NCBI GenBank assembly: GCA_016195615.1
Contig: JACPZF010000015.1
Location: forward strand, 1-53,651
Direction of reading: 5' to 3'
DNA from: Candidatus Gottesmanbacteria bacterium
Lineage (GTDB): Bacteria; Patescibacteriota; Microgenomatia; JACPZF01
Length of the DNA: 53,651 nt
Shown here: positions 18,271 through 27,415 of the stretch, one piece after another
Layout: every line of letters starts with the position of its first letter
How positions within the stretch are numbered: the first letter of the stretch is position 1
Translations under genes and position numbers: made by a program
Notes under the pieces: model-generated
Told to the model about the DNA's origin: nothing
Database searches by the model: none
What the model saw: only the letters and a program-made list of their open reading frames with translations

Positions 18271-18408
18271 ATGCCAGGATTTGGCGGCGATTTTCGAAAA
18301 AACGAAAAGAAAAAAATCTCGAAAAAAGAGCTCGAGGAAAAAGCCAAAAAAATGACGGCGCAAAAACCCTACGTTTTAGCGCTACCGAAATTGGTAAAAG
18401 AAAAATAA
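18271..18408 (+). CDS. unannotated 45-aa lysine-rich small protein
   Basis: Below the ORF-track size cut-off. Strong SD AAGGGGGGTGA sits 5-6 nt before ATG 18271. It encodes MPGFGGDFRKNEKKKISKKELEEKAKKMTAQKPYVLALPKLVKEK with TAA at 18406-18408. Confidence 0.5.
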   Translation: MPGFGGDFRKNEKKKISKKELEEKAKKMTAQKPYVLALPKLVKEK

Positions 18409-18418
18409 TTCCACTGCC

Positions 18419-19402
18419 ATGACAAATCGACAAAAGAGACCCAAAGTTATTTTTTGGCGGTTTTTCTTAATATTAATTCCGATCTTAGGGATCATGCTTT
18501 TAAAGCTTCTTTTTTTCCGTGGTTTATGGCAAAATCTTGGTAGAACGACGATTGTTTTTAACACCATCCCCATTCTGATTGTCTCTTTAAATCACGAAAA
18601 TAATTCCGCCCAAATCCTTTCTCTGCCTACGACTGCGGAAATCGACGTGGTTGAAGGATACGGAAAATACCGCGCCGGAAAAATTTACAGTTTGGATAAA
18701 CTGGAAAAAAAAGAGGGAAAATTGTTTATTAACTCTTTTTCTAGGGGACTTGGGGTTCCCATAGACGGCTTTGTCTCTTATGCGGACAATACGATAATAA
18801 GCGATGAAAATCAGTTAACAAAAGAAGATATCGCCCGATACAAACAAAAGCTCTTTAGTCCTGATTTTTTTCTTCATCTTTTTTGGCAAAAAGGCTCTTT
18901 AGTTGCTACTAATTTAACGATCGTCGATTATATCAGGAGCTTTATCTTCTTATCCGGAGTGAGGCCAAATAAAATAGATTTTATTAATCTCTTCCGCGAA
19001 GGGGCATTTGCAAATATTACCTTGCCGGATCAAACTAAATCCCTAGCAACCGACTACCAAAAAATCGACGGCATTACCCGCGAAACATTTAACGAACAGC
19101 CAGTAGTTTTTGAAAATCTCAAGGTAGAAGTTTTAAACAGCACCGATTACGAAGGATTAGCAGATGAGGTGGCTAGAATTATTTCTCACCTGGGAGCAGC
19201 GGTTCTAAGTACCGGCAACGATAGCGAAAAAGTAGAGGGATGCAAAATTTATATTGCCAAGACCCTGGCTAAAACCTATACGGTTAAAAGACTGCAAGGT
19301 TTTTTTCACTGCCAACTCTCCCTTGAGAAAAGAGCCGCAACGCGAACCGACCTTAGCCTTATTTTGGGAGAAAAGATAAAGAAGGAATTTAGAACTCACT
19401 AG
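18419..19402 (+). CDS. LytR-CpsA-Psr (LCP) family protein with LytR_C-like C-terminal domain
   Basis: N-terminal TM segment, ..GYGKYRAGKIY.. and ..GVPIDGFV.. segments, and a C-terminal LKVEVLNSTDYEGLADEVARII segment. Confidence 0.65.
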   Translation: MTNRQKRPKVIFWRFFLILIPILGIMLLKLLFFRGLWQNLGRTTIVFNTIPILIVSLNHENNSAQILSLPTTAEIDVVEGYGKYRAGKIYSLDKLEKKEGKLFINSFSRGLGVPIDGFVSYADNTIISDENQLTKEDIARYKQKLFSPDFFLHLFWQKGSLVATNLTIVDYIRSFIFLSGVRPNKIDFINLFREGAFANITLPDQTKSLATDYQKIDGITRETFNEQPVVFENLKVEVLNSTDYEGLADEVARIISHLGAAVLSTGNDSEKVEGCKIYIAKTLAKTYTVKRLQGFFHCQLSLEKRAATRTDLSLILGEKIKKEFRTH

Positions 19403-20176
19403 TTAGTCGTCTTCATCTTCGTTTTCCTCGGTTTCTTCGGAAGTTGCCAATTCCTGGGGTATAAAGCTATCGGGTTTTCCCGATTTAGTAATAGAGGGAA
19501 GTTGACCGACTGTTTCGGTCGGAGCATTAATCACGAGATATTCATGTTCATTGGCTCCGAGCGGAAACGTTGGTTGATTATTTAATCTTTTGCTTCTTTC
19601 TACTTCCCGGATGAGTACGGCAACACTATTCTTTTCCACACTTTTGGCAAAACAATCGTATTTATAACCAGCTTTCATAAATCTGGTGAGACGGTATGAT
19701 AAATCATCAGGTAGGGCGCCGATATAGGCGTTGCGATCAGAAGTAGAGACAAAAACGGCTTTTCTTTTAAGGGATAATTCTAACTTCTGCATCGGCGAGA
19801 CAGAAAGAATCTGGGAAGCGGGAGCTAGATTAATTAAACTGACTAATTTCGTTTTTCCCGGTTCTTCGAGGAAAATATCAATATTAGTGCTTTGAATATT
19901 CGCGGTTGCTGGTTTTTCTTCCAGATGGCGATTTTTTAAGATTTCGACGTTTCTGGCCGCAATAACATTATATTTATCAATCTTTAAGACCTTTTTGTAA
20001 GTGGCGATAGATTTCTTACTGTTGCCCAGTAATTTATGGGCTTGAGCGATACGATTTAAGACTTCGCAGTTCTGATTATCAGTTTTGAGAATTTGGAGGT
20101 TTAACTTTAGGGCATCTTGCCAGTTTCCCGACATTGCCGAAGCTATGGCGGAACTTTTGAGGGCTTGGTTGTCCAT
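19403..20176 (-). CDS. TPR-repeat protein with acidic C-terminus
   Basis: N-terminal TPR-like repeats (..WQDALKLNLQILK..AQAHKLLGNSKKSIATYKKVLKID..) and a C-terminal EETEENEDEDD tail. Confidence 0.6.
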   Translation of the reverse strand: MDNQALKSSAIASAMSGNWQDALKLNLQILKTDNQNCEVLNRIAQAHKLLGNSKKSIATYKKVLKIDKYNVIAARNVEILKNRHLEEKPATANIQSTNIDIFLEEPGKTKLVSLINLAPASQILSVSPMQKLELSLKRKAVFVSTSDRNAYIGALPDDLSYRLTRFMKAGYKYDCFAKSVEKNSVAVLIREVERSKRLNNQPTFPLGANEHEYLVINAPTETVGQLPSITKSGKPDSFIPQELATSEETEENEDEDD

Positions 20177-20295
20177 GGCGGAAGTTTAGAAATATGGCTA
20201 TCAAAAGTCAAGAGGAGGTTTTCCTTTAAGCTGTAAATTTGAATAAGATCGGTATATAATTAGAAATTAGTAATTAGAAATTAAAAATTTTCGTT

Positions 20296-21027
20296 ATGTC
20301 CGGTCATTCCAAGTGGTCGCAAATCAAAAGGCAAAAAGGTCTAGCCGACGCGAAACGAGGGCAAATTTTTACTAAACTTGGCAACGCGTTAACAATTGCT
20401 GTCAAAGAGGGTGGGGGAATTGTTGATCCAGAGAGCAACTTCAAACTTCGTCTGGTCATCGAAATTGCCAAACAGGCCAACATGCCTAAGGAAAATATTC
20501 AAAGGGCCCTAGACCGGGCTTTGGGCAAGGGAGAAGAAGGCGAACTGGAGGAAGTTTTTTACGAAGGTTTCGGACCCCAAAATATCAGCGTCATGGTGGA
20601 AGCCGTCACGGATAACCGTTTGCGTACCCAAGCCGGAGTTAAAAATTTCTTTGATAAATCAGGGGGTAGGCTGGGAAGCTTTGGTTCGGTTTCCTACCTT
20701 TTTCAAAAAAGCGGGCTGATTATAGCGGCTAAGGAGGGCAAAACACCAGAAGAAGTTTTTCTCCTCGCGGCCGATTTGGGCGCAAAAGAGGTGGAGGAGG
20801 GGGAAGAGATTGAAATTTATACCAAGCCTGGTGAACTTCATAATATCAAAAAAGCCCTCGAAGACAAAGGAATTAAAGTTTTATCGGCAGAATTAATCAT
20901 GAAACCAACAACTTTAATAGAAATAACAAATAGAGAACATGCTGATAAGATCATTTCCTTTCTGGCAGGCTTGGAGGATCTGGATGATGTTCAAAAAGTG
21001 TACTCAAATGTGGATATTCTAGTATAG
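20296..21027 (+). CDS. yebC: YebC/PmpR-family transcriptional regulator
   Basis: MSGHSKWSQIKRQKG..AKRGQIFTKL.. is the canonical N-terminus. Length is 243 aa. Confidence 0.9.
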   Translation: MSGHSKWSQIKRQKGLADAKRGQIFTKLGNALTIAVKEGGGIVDPESNFKLRLVIEIAKQANMPKENIQRALDRALGKGEEGELEEVFYEGFGPQNISVMVEAVTDNRLRTQAGVKNFFDKSGGRLGSFGSVSYLFQKSGLIIAAKEGKTPEEVFLLAADLGAKEVEEGEEIEIYTKPGELHNIKKALEDKGIKVLSAELIMKPTTLIEITNREHADKIISFLAGLEDLDDVQKVYSNVDILV

Positions 21028-21059
21028 AAGATTGAAAGTAGAAGGTTGAAGGTAGAAAG

Positions 21060-21866
21060 ATGCGAAAAATCAGATTCAAATTAAGTAATTTTAACTTCTC
21101 TAAAAGACAAATTTTTGTCATATCGACCTTGCTTTTGACATTGGGTTTAATCGCCACGCAACTTCTGCCGACAGCATTTCGTTATCCTTCAGTCCTACTT
21201 CTTGGTTTTTTCTCATTTCTTTTTTCAGCTTTTTGCCTTCGCGAAGACCTGTCTAAACACGAATGGCTAACTCTTTTAACTCTGCCGACGCTCTTTACCC
21301 TTGGTGTTTCTTATTTTTATTTTCTTCTGCCGGTGCGCTGGATTACCAGGCTGCCGGTAGCCGTCTTTTACGCCCTGGGCTACTACGGCGTGCTTTTAAC
21401 GGAAAATATTTTTAACGTTTCCGCGGGCCGGACAATTCAGCTCATTAGGGCAGCCCAAACTGTGGGTTTTTATCTCACCCTGATTACTTGTTTTTTGTTT
21501 TTGGACCTGCTGTTTTCTCTGCATCTTCCTTTTTTTGTTAACTTTTTGCTTGCCTTTATGGCCTTAACACTTCTTTTTGTACAATATTTTTGGTCAGTGC
21601 GCCTGACGGATAAAGTAGAGAGGATGGTTTGGATTTATGCCATAAGTTTGGCTTTTGCCGCCTCGCAAATTGCTTTAGCCATCTCATTTTGGCCAGTGAG
21701 GACGCTTACATCTTCGCTTTTCTTAAGCAGCATCTTCTATGCTTTCTTAGGCATCGGCGGCTATGAATTGCAGGATAGGCTTTTTAAGCGCGTCGCCTTA
21801 GAATTTATTACTGTTCCTGTTTTTGTTTTCATTTTAATGTTCGTGACGACTTCTTGGACGTCATAA
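21060..21866 (+). CDS. polytopic membrane protein (hypothetical)
   Basis: Seven to eight hydrophobic segments. No family recognised. Confidence 0.6.
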   Translation: MRKIRFKLSNFNFSKRQIFVISTLLLTLGLIATQLLPTAFRYPSVLLLGFFSFLFSAFCLREDLSKHEWLTLLTLPTLFTLGVSYFYFLLPVRWITRLPVAVFYALGYYGVLLTENIFNVSAGRTIQLIRAAQTVGFYLTLITCFLFLDLLFSLHLPFFVNFLLAFMALTLLFVQYFWSVRLTDKVERMVWIYAISLAFAASQIALAISFWPVRTLTSSLFLSSIFYAFLGIGGYELQDRLFKRVALEFITVPVFVFILMFVTTSWTS

Positions 21867-22295
21867 TCGAGTCTGACTCGATAAAATTTTTCCGCCAGAC
21901 TAAAAGTAGAGAAGAGGGAAGCTCCAAAAGGCCATAATTGTATCCTATAGTTGATGATACAGTTTGATATATGTCTTGGCCTATAGTTTTCACGAAAATA
22001 TCGTAATTTTTCACGAAAATAAAAATTATCAATGCCAAGGCCTAAGTGCTTCTTCCTTAAATAAAGAGACATAACTCCACGAAGTAGTGTGTAGAGCTTC
22101 AAAAATGAAGGATTAGACTGTCTTTATGCTCCAAAAACATGCTATGCACGTAGCAACATAAAAAACCCGAAAAGATGTCGGTGGATAAATCAAGATACTT
22201 GGCCTTGAAAATAGCGGTTTAGGGCGTATTAATAATCTAAATTAAAGGCACCAGAGACTAACGCGAAAGGAGTGTGATATCTGATGATATTTGTA

Positions 22296-22351
22296 TTTTA
22301 ATACTTTAATACTTTAATTCTTTAATTCGTTAATTCGTTAATTCGTTAATT
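22296..22351. repeat. seven tandem 8-nt units (YYTTAATW)
   Basis: ttttaata ctttaata ctttaatt ctttaatt cgttaatt cgttaatt cgttaatt, in the long non-coding stretch upstream of the recombinase gene. Confidence 0.8.
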
Positions 22352-22687
22352 CTCATACGTGCTGAGGTAGTGGACATCATATCCTCTTATAAAATAACCC
22401 CTTTAGATTTTTGGGAGACAAACCCTTGACAGGGAACGGTAAGTCTGATAAAGTTATCATGTCGCACAAGAATACTTTTGCGACATGTATGGTGGCCGGT
22501 TTCGAGGGAAGTGATGAAATAAAATTTCTAATTACTAATTTCTAATTTCTAAAAAATTTGTGTAAAATATTTAATATGACCAATTTCCTAGCAATTTCTC
22601 TGCTTTTTAGCCATTCCTCCCAAAAGCCGATTTTAGCCTCAAGCGGCTTCTCTAGGCCTTTTTTACTTCCCTGCCACAAGGAGACAT

Positions 22688-24883
22688 ATGGATATTTCTG
22701 ATGGCATCAGGCGCTTTTTGGAATACTTAGAGATCGAACGCAACTGTTCAACTTTGACCATTCGCGACTATGAGCACTACCTAAACACCTTTGACGACTG
22801 GACGAGGGCAAATAGCCAGGTAGAAAAGGTCGAAGACATTGATGACGAACACATACGTCAATTTCGGCTGTTTCTGGCTCGTAAAGCTGACAAGCACGGC
22901 CGTTTTCTGAAACGAATTACGCAAAATTATTACGTCATTGCCTTAAGAGCTTTTTTAAGATATTTAATCAAGCAAGACGTCAAAACATTAGCACCGGAAA
23001 AAATTGATTTACCCAAAACCGAAAGCCGGTCGTTAAAATTTTTAAACGAAGAACAGCTTCATCGTTTACTTACGGCAATTGATATTTCCACCAACTGGGG
23101 TTTAAGAGACAGGACAATGGTCGAAATGCTGTTTTCAACGGGCCTGCGGGTTTCAGAACTGTGTAAGCTTAACCGAAACCAGATAAATTTAGATTCTAGG
23201 GAAATTGGGGTTATTGGTAAAGGTCAAAGGGCCCGCGTGGTATTTTTGTCTGATCAGGCGGTGTTTTGGCTAAATAAGTACTTGGCAAAACGAACCGATG
23301 ATTTCTTCCCTTTATTTATAAGGTATAGTCAAAAAGTTGACGAGACTCCCCATGGCGAGAAAATGAGGTTGACGGCCCGAAGCGTGCAAAGAATGCTGGA
23401 AAAATATGTTTTGAAATCCCGCTTGCCAGTTAAGGCAACGCCGCATACATTGAGACATTGTTTAGAACCAAATACCAGAGTGTTTACCAAAGAGGTTGGT
23501 ATGGTATCTGCCAATGATTTATTTTTTTCTGAAAGTGCAAAAATCGAAGGTGTTAATTTAAAAAACGGAAATCAACAATCAGCAGAAATCACCAAAAAAT
23601 TAAGCCATATATCAGATTTGTATTCTGTTTGGGCCGATGGATACGAGATCGTATGTTCCGGAAAGCACTGGCTTTTTACAGTTGGATTGAACGGGCCCGA
23701 GGAAATATTGGTAAATAATTTAAAGTTAGGAGATTATATTTTAGGTGTTAACAAGGTGAATATTGTTGGTAAAACGTTTGTTGACATAGATATGGCAAGG
23801 TTAATTGGATATATTCTCGGCGACGGTGTTATCAGTGAAAAAAGACGCGGCGTTTTTATATTTGATAAAGATATAGATAACTTAAAATTTTATCAAAAGA
23901 TAATTCTCGATAAGCTGCAGGGTTTTATAACAGTTGCAAAAGCTAAAATCAGCAATAGTTATGTGCTTACTTATTATTCATTACCGTTTGTAAAATTTCT
24001 TATATCGCTTGGTTTGGATAAAAAAGCAAAAGAAAAACGGGTACCGTCCAAAATAGTTAATTCTTCAAATCAAGAAATCGCCTCTTTTTTATCAGGTTTT
24101 TATGATGCAGAGGGCAATTCAACTGGTTCTCCTAGATTTTTTTCATCCTCTAAACATCTTCTCAAAGATGTCCAGATGATGTTATTACGGTTAGGGATAG
24201 ATGCTCATTTAATGGAGCGAAAGAGAACTGTCACACTTCCGTCCGGCAGGCCCTATATCCATTTATTCTATACGCTACAAGTCCTGTCTTTTAATGATCA
24301 AAAGAGATTTATTAAACTAATTCCTACATTAAAAATAAAAACTTTAAAGGTATTTGGTAAGCGCGATTTTGATAAATTACCGGTAAACTTGCTATTAAAA
24401 GAAATTTACGAAGATTTGGAAAAAAACGGGAAAAAAGGTTTTCGTTATGCCTTGCAAATAAATGAAGGGATAAAATCTCCCAGATATTTTAAAGAAATGA
24501 CTCCCCTACGCTCAACCGTTGGAAAATTTATCCGCCAGATAGAGAAATTTAAGTTTAATTCAAAAACTTTTGAAAATTTAAAAATGTTTTATAAATCTCA
24601 AAATATGAAATGGTTAGAGGTGAAAAAGATAATAAGGTGGCCATCGCCACGAAACAGCGTGTTTGATTTCACTGTTTCTGAAATTAGTAATTTAATTACA
24701 GACGGAATTGTCAGTCACAATTCGTTTGCGACTGATCTTTTAATGAAAGGCGCTGATTTACGCAGCGTCCAAGAAATGCTAGGACATAAAAACGTTGGCA
24801 CCACCCAAATCTATACCCACGTCACCAATCCGCAGTTAAAAGAGGTTCATAAGAGATTTCACAGCGGGAACAAAAACAGATAA
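22688..24883 (+). CDS. xerC: XerC/XerD-type tyrosine recombinase interrupted by an intein
   Basis: SD aaggag. N-terminal SAM-like domain ([19 protein letters not shown]), catalytic Arg in TGLRVSEL, then HTLRH|intein|[34 protein letters not shown]. The exteins total 310 aa. Confidence 0.9.
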   Translation: MDISDGIRRFLEYLEIERNCSTLTIRDYEHYLNTFDDWTRANSQVEKVEDIDDEHIRQFRLFLARKADKHGRFLKRITQNYYVIALRAFLRYLIKQDVKTLAPEKIDLPKTESRSLKFLNEEQLHRLLTAIDISTNWGLRDRTMVEMLFSTGLRVSELCKLNRNQINLDSREIGVIGKGQRARVVFLSDQAVFWLNKYLAKRTDDFFPLFIRYSQKVDETPHGEKMRLTARSVQRMLEKYVLKSRLPVKATPHTLRHCLEPNTRVFTKEVGMVSANDLFFSESAKIEGVNLKNGNQQSAEITKKLSHISDLYSVWADGYEIVCSGKHWLFTVGLNGPEEILVNNLKLGDYILGVNKVNIVGKTFVDIDMARLIGYILGDGVISEKRRGVFIFDKDIDNLKFYQKIILDKLQGFITVAKAKISNSYVLTYYSLPFVKFLISLGLDKKAKEKRVPSKIVNSSNQEIASFLSGFYDAEGNSTGSPRFFSSSKHLLKDVQMMLLRLGIDAHLMERKRTVTLPSGRPYIHLFYTLQVLSFNDQKRFIKLIPTLKIKTLKVFGKRDFDKLPVNLLLKEIYEDLEKNGKKGFRYALQINEGIKSPRYFKEMTPLRSTVGKFIRQIEKFKFNSKTFENLKMFYKSQNMKWLEVKKIIRWPSPRNSVFDFTVSEISNLITDGIVSHNSFATDLLMKGADLRSVQEMLGHKNVGTTQIYTHVTNPQLKEVHKRFHSGNKNR
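23459..24721 (+). mobile_element. 421-aa intein with LAGLIDADG homing endonuclease
   Basis: Starts with Cys (CLEPNTRVF) and has block B GKHWLFT. LAGLIDADG motifs are [11 protein letters not shown] and [11 protein letters not shown]. It ends ..GIVSHN, followed by the +1 Ser of the C-extein. Confidence 0.85.
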
Positions 24884-24891
24884 AAACGATA

Positions 24892-25802
24892 TTATACTTG
24901 CTGATGAGAAACAGAAATCGGGGTTCTGCCAAAACTTTGAGCAATTCTAAAGGTGAATCCGCTTAACGGTACCGCGAGGACGTTCATTAATGGTTCCCAC
25001 ACAGCCGTATTTAGGGTTTCATCGACTCTATTCCAGGCATCCAGTACTTTTATTTTTAATTCGTGATTTCCACTGCTAAACTTTAGATAATGTTTTAACA
25101 AATCCTGCGTAGCTGACCAACCGCAGCCTAACCCATGAGGTTGCTGGTTTTCTCTTAATGGTGCTTGCTTACCAAGATAGACCTCAGCGCCGGTTTTCAA
25201 GGCGGAAAATTGAGTAATTAAAGCAGAGATGATGGTCGTAGGGACTGTTTTACCGATAAAATATCCGGAAAGAAAATCAGTGGCCACATTGGCTGGCAGA
25301 CCAAAATAGATACCGGCGGCGATTAACTGATTTCCGATAAATGCTCCTCCGTTTAAACCGGCACCGGGTTCTACTCTTTGCTGCAATTCCTCCGCTATTC
25401 GTGGATCAACACATTTTCGATCGATTTCACGTGCCCCATCTGGGGCCATCACATATTGTCCTGACCCATGGAGACGAATTTTTTTTACATCGAGGTGGAT
25501 AAGCGTATCTGCCGCGAGGATGATATTTTGCGCAACACCTGTGACAAAGCCCAATCCCATCGCCGCGGGTCTTAGTGCTTCCGGATTGCTGATAAATTTA
25601 GGTAGATCTTTTAAGGCCTCAGAGGCTAATTGTAATTGTGTTAATGAGAGAGAGAGAGAGAGAGATAAGGCTCTGCCAGGCCCAATTGTTTAGCCACTAT
25701 TAGTGCGGCACCCACTACTGCAGTTTCGCCCAGCCAAATAGCTATATCTTTTAAAGGCAATGTTTTTCCATTTCTTGGTTCAATTTCCGAACGCATACGC
25801 AT
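24892..25802 (-). pseudogene. hypothetical ~300-aa gene interrupted by a (TC)10 dinucleotide tract (phase-variable candidate)
   Basis: ATG 25802 opens a 53-aa frame (MRMRSEIEPRNGK..AEPYLSLSLSH-stop) that ends just after the repeat. The 222-aa track ORF frame is open from 25689 through the repeat. Loss of one TC unit, or gain of two, joins the two frames. Confidence 0.55.
25646..25665. repeat. (GA)10 / (TC)10 simple sequence repeat
   Basis: Counted directly: 20 nt of perfect GA dinucleotides. Confidence 0.95.
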
Positions 25803-25813
25803 ATAAGAAAAGA

Positions 25814-25842
25814 ATGCTACTATTTTTATTAGAAAATGTCAA
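25814..25842 (-). promoter_or_regulatory. promoter of the repeat-interrupted gene
   Basis: Minus strand TTGACA (rc 25837-25842), a 17-nt spacer and TAGCAT (rc 25814-25819), 11 nt before ATG 25802. Confidence 0.5.
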
Positions 25843-25855
25843 TCCAACGCTGTAA

Positions 25856-26425
25856 TCACCACTGTTGTAGGGGAAAAGATTTTAACGTTTTAAGAAATCT
25901 TGTCAATTTTAGCTTTTTTGCCCAAAGAAAAAGATATTTTTGATCAAGATTTTTTTGAATTTGGAAAACCGAAGCGGCATCTTCTAAATGGCGATCGCTA
26001 TGAGATTTTTTATACCAATCAAGCTTAATGAGTATTAAATCCTCCGGGGAAATAAAATAAATTTTTTTTCCTGCAATCGTCTGTTTTATTTTTCTTTGGA
26101 AGCAAATTTTGTCTAAAGGTCTATTTATACCAAACCACAAATCAATCTTGAGGTTTTCTGGCAGGTAAAAGATGTTATGCTGATAATTTTCGGCTGCGGC
26201 TTGTAGCAACGACTCTTTGTCAAAAGAAAAATCGTTAGGCAGATCGTTTAAGAACGAACTAAAATTATCTTTTTTTTGTGGAATTACCACGACCTTAAAG
26301 TCAAAATCATGACTCGAACGCGGTCTGCCATAAACTGAAATCGCCAGCGATCCAGTTACGAAATAATCGATACCCTGTTTTTCTAACAGTCTACCTATAG
26401 TTAAAAGAACGTCTTGGTATTCCAT
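25856..26425 (-). CDS. nucleotidyltransferase-fold protein (MNT/AbiEii-like)
   Basis: N-terminal ..IDYFVTGSLAISVYGRPRSSHDFDF.. matches the GS..(x)n..D.D minimal nucleotidyltransferase signature. Confidence 0.55.
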   Translation of the reverse strand: MEYQDVLLTIGRLLEKQGIDYFVTGSLAISVYGRPRSSHDFDFKVVVIPQKKDNFSSFLNDLPNDFSFDKESLLQAAAENYQHNIFYLPENLKIDLWFGINRPLDKICFQRKIKQTIAGKKIYFISPEDLILIKLDWYKKSHSDRHLEDAASVFQIQKNLDQKYLFLWAKKLKLTRFLKTLKSFPLQQW

Positions 26426-26617
26426 GTCGGTGTAAATTATTAACGAAAACTGTTAGTTTAAAAGCTATTTGAAGTTTTTTTTCTGCAGTCATTTCCGAAA
26501 AACGAAGAAGATAAGCATTAAGCGAGGAGTTTTTATTAACAGGAACTTTTTTTCTCATTTACCTATTCTAACAGAAATTTTACTCCTTTTCCAAACAAAC
26601 ACGCAACCTCCGAGGCT

Positions 26618-27401
26618 ATCCGATTCCGGATCGGATTATATTAGCGATCCGGTAATTATTCGATAATTAAATGTTTTATTTTAGCTAAATCTCGTTGGTA
26701 ATCTTTTCTGGCCATTACAAATTTTTCGTAATCTTTTATCGAGCGAAATTGATCTAAAATTATTGATGGATAAACAAAGTCTAATTTTTCTAAACCAATA
26801 TAGTGTTTGTACGACGAATATGAATAATCTTCAGGTTTATCCACCAAATATGCGGTCACAGGATTTAAATGAATATATCTTGACAAGTGTAAAATTTGTT
26901 CGTCGGTTTCAACATGAACCGCTTCAAAATTTGGTTCAAAAAGTGGACCAGAAGTTTCGTGTTTAATATTAAAATAATGGGCATAGCTATTGGATATTTT
27001 ATGTAGAAACTTATAAATGCCAAAATCTTCAGTTTGTTGCAGAGTGAAATGAAAATGCGTTGGCATTATACAAAAATTTATTATTTTAACTAAACAGTAA
27101 CTAAAGTTTAATAAGTACTTGCTTCTGCATTTACGATAATTTGAAAACTTCGTCGCTGGTTTACTTTGAAGATAATATCTTGAAGATTCTAAAAAAAGAC
27201 TGGTTTCCTTTTCCCGATTAAATACAGGACGCTTATAGATCGATCGGTTAAAAACGTGATAGTATTCACCGGTAACAAATTGTATTTTTCTCAGACTCAC
27301 ATATCTAACATAACTCGATAAATATGATTCGTCAATATGGCAATATGTAAGTTTTAGAGGAAATACCCGGTTCGCGAAGCTATTCCGATCCCGGATCGGA
27401 A
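26618..27401 (-). mobile_element. IS200/IS605-family element (Y1 transposase flanked by matching subterminal hairpins)
   Basis: Hairpins ATCCGAT-tccgg-ATCGGAT (26618-26636) and TTCCGAT-cccgg-ATCGGAA (27383-27401) bracket the transposase ORF. The 784-nt span fits IS200-type size. Confidence 0.6.
26656..27300 (-). CDS. tnpA: IS200-like / REP-associated (RAYT-like) HUH tyrosine transposase
   Basis: YYHVFNRS.., the HUH motif MPTHFHF and the catalytic-Tyr region LSRYIHLNPV. Probable GTG start at 27300. The track N-terminal extension to 27483 runs through the left-end hairpin. Confidence 0.7.
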   Translation of the reverse strand: MSLRKIQFVTGEYYHVFNRSIYKRPVFNREKETSLFLESSRYYLQSKPATKFSNYRKCRSKYLLNFSYCLVKIINFCIMPTHFHFTLQQTEDFGIYKFLHKISNSYAHYFNIKHETSGPLFEPNFEAVHVETDEQILHLSRYIHLNPVTAYLVDKPEDYSYSSYKHYIGLEKLDFVYPSIILDQFRSIKDYEKFVMARKDYQRDLAKIKHLIIE

Positions 27402-27415
27402 GAAGATACTTAATT

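Noticed and set aside
18206-18433. 75-aa minus-strand track ORF.
   Set aside because: It is antisense to the SD-led 45-aa ORF and consists largely of palindrome-encoded sequence. It has no start signals.
21761-22102. 113-aa minus-strand ORF at the start of the long non-coding gap.
   Set aside because: Its 3' third overlaps the end of the membrane protein gene on the other strand. It has low-complexity composition, no start signals and no recognisable family. It is kept only as a remark in the finding on the gap.
26618-27401. Direct assignment of the Y1 transposase as the mobiliser of the GTCATTCTGG MITE family.
   Set aside because: The hairpins flanking the transposase gene share no sequence with the MITE termini. 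This is left as an open question, not a claim.
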